IMG/VR virus record: IMGVR_UViG_3300036546_000216
Coordinates: 1 to 53,668 of that record
Reading direction: 5' to 3' (one strand)
Source: a virus
Lineage: Duplodnaviria > Caudoviricetes
DNA length: 53,668 nt
A model generated the notes under the pieces. The model had not been told where the DNA came from and did not search any database. It was given only the letters and a program-made list of their open reading frames with translations. This document shows, piece by piece, positions 8,904 through 16,279 of the stretch. The translations under genes and the position numbers were made by a program. How positions within the stretch are numbered: the stretch's first letter is position 1; the number at the start of each line of letters is the position of its first letter.

Positions 8904-9094
8904 TGAAAATGGACGATGAACTAAGGGTATACCGAGTCAAGGCAAATATCCGTGGAAAGGAAATGTATCTTGGTGAAGATGGAACCTTCTATCATGAGGG
9001 TGATAAGGACATCATTTACTTCACTAAATACCAAGCAACGAGTATTGCACTCTGCCTCAACCAGATAACCAAGACAGCGGATTTCTCGAGATAG
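8903..9094 (+). CDS. Hypothetical protein
   Basis: TAATG coupling and RBS. Confidence 0.55.
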   Translation: MKMDDELRVYRVKANIRGKEMYLGEDGTFYHEGDKDIIYFTKYQATSIALCLNQITKTADFSR

Positions 9095-9105
9095 TAGGAG
9101 GAAGC

Positions 9106-9354
9106 ATGAGTGAACCAATAATTCTCACCGTATTCCATGCCTATGTAAACAACAACGACGACATTCTTGAAGCTATTCGGCTCAAGAGGATTGGCTACAA
9201 GTTCCACGTCGATAGGATTGATTTTGAGGGAACCGACAGGATGGCATTGTCGGAATCAGACCGCAAGGAATGGGACGACATCTCATTGGAAGCGTGGAAT
9301 AACCATGGATATATCAATGGGAAGCCCGATGGCTTGCAGCAGAACAACGGTTGA
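9106..9354 (+). CDS. Hypothetical protein
   Basis: GGAGGAAGCATG start. Confidence 0.6.
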   Translation: MSEPIILTVFHAYVNNNDDILEAIRLKRIGYKFHVDRIDFEGTDRMALSESDRKEWDDISLEAWNNHGYINGKPDGLQQNNG

Positions 9355-9398
9355 TGCCACGGTGGTATATTTTTTTACCCAATGTGGTGTCAAACTGG

Positions 9399-9427
9399 TT
9401 GCAAAATGGAATATACCGTGATAGTAT
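9399..9427 (+). promoter_or_regulatory. Sigma70-type promoter for the RNA cluster
   Basis: TTGCAA-17 nt-TAGTAT with extended -10 TG. Confidence 0.65.
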
Positions 9428-9471
9428 GAATTATCAAGATCTTTTTCAATCTCCCTTTAAGGAGGTGCATC

Positions 9472-9522
9472 ATGAAAGCGCGTCGGGGAAAGCCCGACAC
9501 CCCACACGGAAGGAGTTCGTGA
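9472..9522 (+). CDS. 16-aa peptide MKARRGKPDTPHGRSS
   Basis: Perfect SD TAAGGAGGT upstream; first element after the promoter. Confidence 0.4.
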   Translation: MKARRGKPDTPHGRSS

Positions 9523-9568
9523 AGGCAAAAAGGCTCCGGCTGGGCCAATGTGCAAACCAGCCGATCAT

Positions 9569-9639
9569 CGCAGGGTAGTGTAAAGGCAACATGTCGGCCT
9601 CATAAACCGACGCTCCAGGTCCGAGTCCTGGCCCTGCTA
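9569..9639 (+). tRNA. tRNA with CAU anticodon (fMet-like, atypical)
   Basis: Acceptor CGCAGGG/CCCTGCT with 1:72 mismatch, loop CTCATAA, T arm CCAGG-TCCGAGT-CCTGG; no encoded CCA. Confidence 0.75.
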
Positions 9640-9714
9640 TATGCGGAGCGATTACCCGCAGAAAAATATAGTAATACCTGGACGATTTAGCCTGTGCGGT
9701 CGTCTGGGAGTTTC

Positions 9715-9887
9715 GGGACTGTGGCGGAATTGGTAGACGTACGTCGGCATGAGGCTAGTGTCGATAGGGGGCGGTCTGGAAAGGCTGGCCGCTGGATAAG
9801 GGAAAGCGAGCTAGAGTAGCGATCCTGATGCCATCACCGAGCAAGCGTAGAAGTGACCTTGTGCCCGTCCGAATCGGGCCAGTCCCA
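9715..9887 (+). ncRNA. 173-nt tRNA-like RNA with greatly expanded anticodon domain
   Basis: Perfect acceptor GGGACTG/CAGTCCC-A, Leu-type D arm TGGCGGAATTGGTAGACGT, T arm GCCCG-TCCGAAT-CGGGC, about 105-nt structured insert. Confidence 0.7.
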
Positions 9888-10026
9888 ACAAGCGCACCTT
9901 GTATTTGCTACGGTAGAGCAAGGCGGGAGTAATCCACCATAGAAGGATTCGGGCTGTGTATTCGTGGCCTAGTCAATGTTTGAGAACGGATACTTCCTAG
10001 AGGCTCTAGGTGCTTGGCAAAGAGCT

Positions 10027-10059
10027 ATGGTGGGGAGGTAGCACTCCCCGACCATTTTT
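10027..10059 (+). terminator. Intrinsic terminator ending the RNA cluster
   Basis: ATGGTGGGGAG...CTCCCCGACCAT followed by TTTT. Confidence 0.65.
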
Positions 10060-10076
10060 CTATACAAGGAGGAATC

Positions 10077-10556
10077 ATGAAAGATAAATTTGAAAAAATC
10101 TTTAGACAGATACAGGAAATGGAGCATAAGACAGAAACCAAGCTAGGGTTTACTGCAGTTCTCCAGCCAATACCGTCAAGTTGCTGCGGCCAGGCTTGTG
10201 TGGCAACGCTGGCAAACAAGACGCTTGAGGAATCGATTGCTGTTTTTGGCAAGGCGTCTGGAACGAGCGGTACTGAAGTTATTGAGGCATTGAACAAATT
10301 TGGTGTACGGTGTGGCACCTTTCTCAAGAGGGTAAGCAGCCATAACCAGAAATCAGATGTATGTATTGTTCGTCAGCATTTCAAGGGAGAGAAGCATACC
10401 CATTGGGTGGTATTCATAAGAGCAACAGGAGAAAACGGTCTATTGTATGATATTTATCTTGACCCTTCTTTGGGTGTTATAAAGGGATACCATGAAGAGT
10501 ATGTCATAGAGACATCATTTCTCCCTGTTTATCTCAGATTCAAGGAGCAATCATGA
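10077..10556 (+). CDS. Papain-like/C39-like cysteine peptidase fold protein
   Basis: Q..SSCCGQACVA, HWVV and YLDP motifs. Confidence 0.6.
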   Translation: MKDKFEKIFRQIQEMEHKTETKLGFTAVLQPIPSSCCGQACVATLANKTLEESIAVFGKASGTSGTEVIEALNKFGVRCGTFLKRVSSHNQKSDVCIVRQHFKGEKHTHWVVFIRATGENGLLYDIYLDPSLGVIKGYHEEYVIETSFLPVYLRFKEQS

Positions 10557-10690
10557 CCATCAAGAAGATGCAGGACAAAGCGTTTGCGAACGCTCTCAAG
10601 CATGGTTTTCACCACAAAGGACAGAATATCGGGGAAATGCTGATGCTCATTGTCTCGGAGTTAGGGGAAGCGTTGGAAGCTGATAGGAGG
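10553..10690 (+). pseudogene. N-terminal fragment of a MazG-like pyrophosphohydrolase
   Basis: HGFH...LMLIVSELGEALEADRR is present; the second ELAD helix is missing; the frame runs into unrelated sequence up to 10912. Confidence 0.6.
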
Positions 10691-10739
10691 CCAGCGGACA
10701 CCCCACCGAGTAGCCGATTTGCCGGATATGGAGGATCAA

Positions 10740-10823
10740 ATGAAGTGGCTTATACTATACATTGTAGCAGTAGCGGTATTCATCTTCTGGAACTACTGCG
10801 CACACGAGGGAGACGAGGATTGA
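10740..10823 (+). CDS. 27-aa single-TM peptide
   Basis: GGAGG RBS; MKWLILYIVAVAVFIFWNYCAHEGDED. Confidence 0.5.
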   Translation: MKWLILYIVAVAVFIFWNYCAHEGDED

Positions 10824-10872
10824 TTCTAGACCACTCTACGCTTCGCTGTGAGGCTGTTGGAGGGGTTTATAC

Positions 10873-11325
10873 ATGGAGGAAGTTATGGAATTTGACAAGA
10901 ACAAGATTTTGACCAGTGTAACAGCAGACCAAGCAAAGGTCGGACAGAAGGGCTGGATAGGCTTGACATTATCCGACTTGAAATACTGTTTTGGAAAAGA
11001 AGACAAAAAGATAACACTATTGTCCATTCGTGGGGAAAATGTAACCACTAGATTTGTAAGCGACAAATATGGTGCAGAGTTACTTTTCTACCCTGCGCCG
11101 GAACCATCCTACCGCCCTTTCACCAATGACGAGTTGAATGACATCGTAGGGAAGGTAGTTACCAGTAAGCACACAGGAAACGCCATGCTCGTTATCAAGG
11201 TTGTTGACGGAGAGACAGGTAAGATGGTCTCATTGGGAGGAAGCCAGAAGCGCAACGCACAGCAGTTGTTGGAAGGCTGGACATTCAAGGATGGAAATCC
11301 TTGCGGTGTGAAGGAGGAAGCATGA
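10873..11325 (+). CDS. Hypothetical protein
   Basis: RBS present (start may be 10885); YRPFT and DGNPCG motifs. Confidence 0.7.
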   Translation: MEEVMEFDKNKILTSVTADQAKVGQKGWIGLTLSDLKYCFGKEDKKITLLSIRGENVTTRFVSDKYGAELLFYPAPEPSYRPFTNDELNDIVGKVVTSKHTGNAMLVIKVVDGETGKMVSLGGSQKRNAQQLLEGWTFKDGNPCGVKEEA

Positions 11326-11555
11326 AACACATTAGATTATTTTTTTGGAGACTAAGGTATGTATTTTTCTTGTTTTGGTATTTGGTTAAAGACTATAACA
11401 GGACATTGAAAGAAGCGTTCGCTTTAGCAAAAAGCGAGTTTGGGTGCTTTGGAATAGAAGATGTTTATGGTCATGGTATATCATTATTCGCCTCATGTTT
11501 AGCTGAAAGTGAAGCAGAGGAATTATACTATTCAGCATGGGAGGAGCAATCATGA
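11322..11555 (+). CDS. Hypothetical protein
   Basis: GGAGGAAGCATGA junction; AT-rich. Confidence 0.55.
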   Translation: MKHIRLFFWRLRYVFFLFWYLVKDYNRTLKEAFALAKSEFGCFGIEDVYGHGISLFASCLAESEAEELYYSAWEEQS

Positions 11556-11782
11556 GTAAAGCATACAGAGCATGGAAAGAGAGAGGGGAATGGGGATTGC
11601 TGCATAGGACGGGAAAGCCAAAGAGATTCTTTACAATGCGTAATTATCGTAGGTGGAGACGTTACAAGAAGCAATGGAGGGATGGGAACACGAGAATTGC
11701 AATGAATCTGAGAAGCAGCATCATGCCCAATGAATGGGCTGAATACTGTGGGAATACCTGGGACAAGAAGGAGGGATCATGA
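11552..11782 (+). CDS. Basic Trp/Arg-rich hypothetical protein
   Basis: GGAGCAATCATGA junction. Confidence 0.55.
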   Translation: MSKAYRAWKERGEWGLLHRTGKPKRFFTMRNYRRWRRYKKQWRDGNTRIAMNLRSSIMPNEWAEYCGNTWDKKEGS

Positions 11783-11940
11783 GAGACATTCTGTTCCGTG
11801 GCAAGCCCACAGCATCCGTGATGAAAAGACTATGGTATAAGTTTGTTCTCTTGCTTTGCAAGCCCTATGGGTGGTTCTTGAATGGCACAGGTAGGTTGAT
11901 TGACAGGATGATGGTATGGTGCGAGAGACACGGAGCTTGA
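11779..11940 (+). CDS. 53-aa chimeric ORF with YopX-like start
   Basis: MRDILFRGK then unrelated sequence; ATGA coupling. Confidence 0.45.
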   Translation: MRDILFRGKPTASVMKRLWYKFVLLLCKPYGWFLNGTGRLIDRMMVWCERHGA

Positions 11941-11950
11941 AAGGAGGGCT

Positions 11951-12334
11951 GTGATGGTAGAGTTTGACCAATACCCGAAGAAATGCAACCTTTGCGGAGG
12001 GTATGTGAAATTGGTGACTTGCTCAGACCGCCCCTACTACAAGTGCTACAGGTGCGGAGCGAAGGTCTACACCCACCCCTATTCAGCGACAAACAAGGCT
12101 ATCGGGCCTTTGGCGAATGAGGAGACTAGGAAGCTCAGAAGCGAGTGCCACGTGCTGCTTGAGGGTGCTTGCCACTCAAGGGAAGAGCGGACACAGGTGA
12201 GGATGTGGCTCGCCTCAAAACTGAAAATGAAGTACGAGAAGATGCACTTCGCTTATATGACCGACAGGGAGCTGAGAAAGGCTATACGGGTCATCAAGCA
12301 AGGCATCAGAGAAGGTGAATTGAGGGAGGCGTGA
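11951..12334 (+). CDS. Zinc-finger protein (DUF3268-like)
   Basis: CNLCGG, CYRCGA.V.THP, GPLAN.E.RKLR..CH. Confidence 0.7.
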   Translation: MMVEFDQYPKKCNLCGGYVKLVTCSDRPYYKCYRCGAKVYTHPYSATNKAIGPLANEETRKLRSECHVLLEGACHSREERTQVRMWLASKLKMKYEKMHFAYMTDRELRKAIRVIKQGIREGELREA

Positions 12335-12525
12335 TGAACAAGCGTCAGAAGAAGAAGTATTACAAGAGCGGAAGGCTTATCCTTGAAGGCAGGGTGTACT
12401 CAAGGAAACTGCGTGGGATAAGGGTGATGCTTGGAAGTGATATTACCCTCGACGACTACATCAAGCATAGGAAGTACATGATAAATTGTGCCCTACAGGT
12501 TGTGAAGCAATCATGGGGGCCGTAA
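12331..12525 (+). CDS. Small basic hypothetical protein
   Basis: MNKRQKKK start, GGAGG RBS. Confidence 0.6.
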   Translation: MMNKRQKKKYYKSGRLILEGRVYSRKLRGIRVMLGSDITLDDYIKHRKYMINCALQVVKQSWGP

Positions 12526-12535
12526 TACAACAACC

Positions 12536-12561
12536 AAGGCTACCATACGGTAGCCTTTTTT
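12536..12561 (+). terminator. Intrinsic terminator of the rightward accessory operon
   Basis: AAGGCTACC-ATAC-GGTAGCCTT followed by a T run. Confidence 0.8.
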
Positions 12562-12570
12562 ATGTCCCAC

Positions 12571-12615
12571 CGCAAAAGTGACCGGAAAAATAACGCAAAA
12601 GTGACCGGAAAAATA
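12571..12615. repeat. Perfect 22-bp direct repeat, two copies
   Basis: CGCAAAAGTGACCGGAAAAATA at 12571 and 12594. Confidence 0.9.
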
Positions 12616-12741
12616 GGCGTCCTACCTCCACTAAGTTCAATAATATCGTACTTATCGTACATATTGTATGAATATTCAAACATTAATGAACCAGCTCAGT
12701 GGAAATATGAAAAAACTTTTTGGGTCCTATTTAAAGACCCA

Positions 12742-13380
12742 CTACTTGGTCAGGAATCCAGTAGGCTTGCAGACCTCATCCACAGCCTCCCTGGTCGCTT
12801 TTGCTGTCTCTGTCGTACTCCTTGACCCCAGAGCCATCCTGGACCCGCCAGCAGCCGCCCTGTACTCTCTCAGGGCCCTGCGGTACTTGCGCCCCCACTC
12901 CTCCCACTTGGGAACCGGTATATCCTTTGTGACATGGAAGGCATGCAGCATGGCAGGGTCGTCCGTGAACTCCCTGAAGCTCTCGAAGGCGTACACAGAG
13001 CGCTCCTTGATCTTCATGAGATGGGCCATTGTTGCCATGTCGATCCCGAACTTCTCCCTGGTGTCGCTCACCCAGAAATTCCTCTGGATCTGCCTGAACA
13101 TGCGGTGGTAGAAATGGTCGCACCGGCGCACGTCCATACGGCCCGTGACGTCCAGGAGCTCCTCATAGTTGACCTTGCGCCAGAACTCGCGGTGCATGTT
13201 GCGCACCCTTTCATTCTCCTGCCCGATGATTGCCACTGGTGCAAACGCCTGGGCCACCGTTACACGGTCGTACAGCGTCCAGTCGATCCCTTGCCGTTCC
13301 CCTACATCCGTAGCCCAATCGTGGATGGCAACGGCAGACGCCATAAGCTGCTCCCTGCATGAAATCTTGAAATTACCCAT
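12742..13380 (-). CDS. Hypothetical protein with possible XRE-type HTH
   Basis: TREKFGIDMATMAHLMKIKERSVYAFES resembles an HTH; AGGGGG RBS. Confidence 0.6.
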   Translation of the reverse strand: MGNFKISCREQLMASAVAIHDWATDVGERQGIDWTLYDRVTVAQAFAPVAIIGQENERVRNMHREFWRKVNYEELLDVTGRMDVRRCDHFYHRMFRQIQRNFWVSDTREKFGIDMATMAHLMKIKERSVYAFESFREFTDDPAMLHAFHVTKDIPVPKWEEWGRKYRRALREYRAAAGGSRMALGSRSTTETAKATREAVDEVCKPTGFLTK

Positions 13381-13468
13381 GGATCCCCCTTGTAAAAAAC
13401 TTTTTGACGCCCATTTAGGGCTATGAAATGCTATCCGATAAAAGGATGAAAACTTTTGGCATGCCTAT

Positions 13469-13600
13469 TTAGAGGGTCGGAAGCTGGTCGCGTTTTCGGG
13501 CAACTTCCATCCAGGCGCGCCTGACCACCACCCAACGGCGGAAAAGTACCCGGCTGCACCCCGTGAAAATGCCCGGATCGCCCCTAGTTGATATTGCCAT
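13469..13600 (-). CDS. Possible 43-aa protein
   Basis: AAAGGGGGGCGATC-ATG start like neighbouring genes. Confidence 0.35.
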   Translation of the reverse strand: MAISTRGDPGIFTGCSRVLFRRWVVVRRAWMEVARKRDQLPTL

Positions 13601-13697
13601 GATCGCCCCCCTTTGGGCATAACGCCCCGAACGGCCCGAAAGCCGTTTAATCAAGAAAGCCCCTATACTGTACCGCGCCCCCTGTCAGGGCAACGGC

Positions 13698-13940
13698 TTA
13701 CATACCGTTTTCGGGTGGACTTGTCGCCACCATGAGCGCCGGACTGGTTGCCCCTGGCATGACCGCCCCTAATACGCGTTTTGCCTTGCCTACCGCTTCA
13801 GGTGTGATTGTGTCGTCGTCAGAGAAAACCATGAGCGCCGCGTTGTATATGCGGTCCCTTGTCTGCTGCTCGGTCAGACCCTTACGCTTGCAATCAGCCT
13901 TTATGTTTTTGGCCCATCCTACCACTGTCTTATGATCCAT
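13698..13940 (-). CDS. Hypothetical early protein
   Basis: AGGGGG RBS; in the leftward array. Confidence 0.65.
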   Translation of the reverse strand: MDHKTVVGWAKNIKADCKRKGLTEQQTRDRIYNAALMVFSDDDTITPEAVGKAKRVLGAVMPGATSPALMVATSPPENGM

Positions 13941-14013
13941 AGTAACCCCCTAGTGAAATATGATTGCTAAGCAATCCACAAGGCCCCCTGGATACAAGAG
14001 GCCCTAGCATAGC

Positions 14014-14103
14014 TTAGCTTGCCGCCTTGATAGCTGCGCGCGTTTTGTAGATCGAATAGCACCAGTTACCGGCCTTGTCCTGGTAATGGTAAAGGCAATT
14101 CAT
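14014..14103 (-). CDS. 29-aa peptide
   Basis: MNCLYHYQDKAGNWCYSIYKTRAAIKAAS; ATGA overlap with 14100..14291. Confidence 0.4.
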   Translation of the reverse strand: MNCLYHYQDKAGNWCYSIYKTRAAIKAAS

Positions 14104-14291
14104 CTATTAATGCTTTTTGTCTGCTTAAATATCCAACGATTGCAAGCGTTCAGATTTTTGAAGCTCTTGCACTCATCCCCAATCTGCCCGCGGACCTCCT
14201 CTTTCCCTGTTGTTCTATTTTGACAAATGTGTACAAACGCACCGTGATACGAAAGAGTGATGAAAGAGTCTCTTGTGTCCATGATTGACAT
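14100..14291 (-). CDS. Hypothetical early protein
   Basis: G-rich RBS after a structured repeat. Confidence 0.6.
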   Translation of the reverse strand: MSIMDTRDSFITLSYHGAFVHICQNRTTGKEEVRGQIGDECKSFKNLNACNRWIFKQTKSINR

Positions 14292-14386
14292 ATATAGCCC
14301 CCCTTGGAAATATTAGAGCATACGCCCTTGTAAAGGCCCTGAAGGCCCTTACAACGGCGGGCCGACAACGCCGGCCGCCCTGGTGG

Positions 14387-14686
14387 TTATAATTGCCCCC
14401 TGAAACGTATTTTTCTTGTTATGCCTGTTGACCGTACAAGGCCAGACAATGTTGTCAATGTAACTTGCGTATGATAGCGCTTTTCATAGAAGTCACAAAA
14501 CGCAAGCGCGGCCGGATCGTTGGCCTTTACCGGTTTTGTTTCTTTGGTTAAATATAAAAGCTCTAAATCACAGTGTCCCCCGCCGTCAAAACATACATAG
14601 AACGGTATAGTCCCCTTGCTATTCTTGAAAACTAGCAATAAATCGCCGTTATCCTCTTTTCTTACTGTTGCCTTTATAGTTGCCAT
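14387..14686 (-). CDS. Hypothetical early protein
   Basis: G-rich RBS after a structured repeat. Confidence 0.65.
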   Translation of the reverse strand: MATIKATVRKEDNGDLLLVFKNSKGTIPFYVCFDGGGHCDLELLYLTKETKPVKANDPAALAFCDFYEKRYHTQVTLTTLSGLVRSTGITRKIRFRGQL

Positions 14687-14782
14687 AATAGCCCCCCATA
14701 GTTTTATTAGAGCATACGCCCTTGTAACGCCCCTTTAGAACGTTACAACGGCGGGCAAGGCTAGCTTGCCACGTCCCTGGTG

Positions 14783-15463
14783 TTATGCGGTATGTTCCGC
14801 TGCCTTGTCGCTTTCTTGCTTTGTATCGCAACTGTAAAAATCGGGGTAAAAGGCGGGCGGGCGTACAGGCATTACAACGACTTTCACCAAGTCGTTGAAA
14901 AATACAACGGCTTTTTCCTTTCTGGTGTTTTCGTTGGAATTTACTTTCACTTGATAAATCATTCCGTAAAGATCTTTTATAAAATCCAAATTGATCATAA
15001 TCCCGTCATGATCTCGGAAAAACCGCGGGACGGAAAAGGCGGCCGCTTCTTCAGCAAGAAAACTACTGTTTTTTGTGTGCTTCTCAATGAAAGCATATTC
15101 AAGTCCGTTTGTTACCATGATGCTGTCATCGGGGATAACGCGCTTGTACTCGGGGTATCTGTTACCCAATGATGAAACATCATACACCGACAAAAGCCCT
15201 TTTCCATAGGATAACCAAGCGTCATTATTTGGGATGTTTGCCATGATCGACGGTGGCAGCTTCTCACAATCGACAACAACAAGCCGTCTACCATCGGTTA
15301 CAACGAAAGTTCTTTCTTCTGGAAAGTATCGGATTGCGCGGGAATATGGCCGCATAGGGTCATTTGTTATCACACGTGACAGAATTTCAAAGATGGTTTG
15401 ACTTCCTTTTTCCACTTGTACGGTAGTAACTAGGTCTTTTGGATTAAAAATAGATTTTTTCAT
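14783..15463 (-). CDS. Sliding-clamp (DnaN central domain)-like protein
   Basis: DPMRPYSRAI, VVTDGRRL and GNRYPEYKRVIP match DnaN D..R..L.GV, ATDGHRL and G.FPDY.RVIP. Confidence 0.65.
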   Translation of the reverse strand: MKKSIFNPKDLVTTVQVEKGSQTIFEILSRVITNDPMRPYSRAIRYFPEERTFVVTDGRRLVVVDCEKLPPSIMANIPNNDAWLSYGKGLLSVYDVSSLGNRYPEYKRVIPDDSIMVTNGLEYAFIEKHTKNSSFLAEEAAAFSVPRFFRDHDGIMINLDFIKDLYGMIYQVKVNSNENTRKEKAVVFFNDLVKVVVMPVRPPAFYPDFYSCDTKQESDKAAEHTA

Positions 15464-15558
15464 AATAGCCCCCTTGTTTTATTGCGCCCCATACGGGCCG
15501 CCGTCTATCCGCTCAGTAAGCGGATGGATAGCGGGGCAAGTTGCCTTGCCCGCACGGA

Positions 15559-15747
15559 TTAGGCTTTCTTTACGCGCCTTTTCTTGATCTTTATATCAAG
15601 GGCGGCCGTGTCATTTTCCCGATATTCCCGGGCGCGCTGCTTTGCCTCTTTCAAGGTTGTTTCGGTGGTCACTACCTCATAGCCGTAGCCGTAGCCATAA
15701 TTGGCTAAAATCTCATATTCATCGGTTGTTTTTCTTGTGTATGCCAT
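15559..15747 (-). CDS. Small hypothetical early protein
   Basis: RKT.DEYEI..NYGYG pattern; TAATG coupling. Confidence 0.7.
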   Translation of the reverse strand: MAYTRKTTDEYEILANYGYGYGYEVVTTETTLKEAKQRAREYRENDTAALDIKIKKRRVKKA

Positions 15748-16181
15748 TACATAGCCTCTCTTGCATTGATCGTTTTAATTGCCTTATTGAGCGCACCGGA
15801 AAGCCTCTTGTCGGCTTGTACTTCTTGCCAGGAAAGGCCTAGGGCCTCTAATGTTTCCGTCGCGTCGCCCGTGTAGCAATATTCGTGATTATCCAATTCA
15901 TACAAGAACATGTCAAAGGTAAAGCCTTTAGCTTTCTTGTCGGCTGCCCTTGCCGCTTTCAATTCGGCCTTATGCCTTAGAAACATTTCTTTCATTGCGG
16001 GCGCGTCGGTTTTGCGGATATAACCGCCAGCCCCGATGGAATAGATCTTGTCCGTGTCCGTCGGATCAAGTCCAAGTTCTTTCATGCCAGCGTTGAATTG
16101 TTCCGTTGAAAATGCCCACATAAACGGAAACGCGTTCAATTCCTTTTCTTGCTTTGCTTTAATTTCTTGATACTTTGTCAT
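15747..16181 (-). CDS. Conserved phage/MGE protein (DUF7659-like)
   Basis: AFSTEQF, GAGGYIRK and MFLYELDNHEY motifs; family name recalled, not searched. Confidence 0.65.
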   Translation of the reverse strand: MTKYQEIKAKQEKELNAFPFMWAFSTEQFNAGMKELGLDPTDTDKIYSIGAGGYIRKTDAPAMKEMFLRHKAELKAARAADKKAKGFTFDMFLYELDNHEYCYTGDATETLEALGLSWQEVQADKRLSGALNKAIKTINAREAM

Positions 16182-16279
16182 AATATCCCCCTAAAAATGT
16201 ATTGCCCATACGGGCTACACCGCGCCCGGCACTTGAAAGCCGGAGGCCGCCTTGTTACGGCGCGCGGTAATGGTTAACG

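Noticed and set aside
9715-9887. tmRNA, group I intron-containing tRNA or tRNA-Sec
   Set aside because: No G3:U70 or tag frame, insert too short with no recognisable intron core, and no UCA anticodon arm; a covariance search is still needed to exclude these formally.
10014-10076. Upstream extension of the C39-like ORF
   Set aside because: It would run through the terminator; ATG 10077 has the AAGGAGG RBS.
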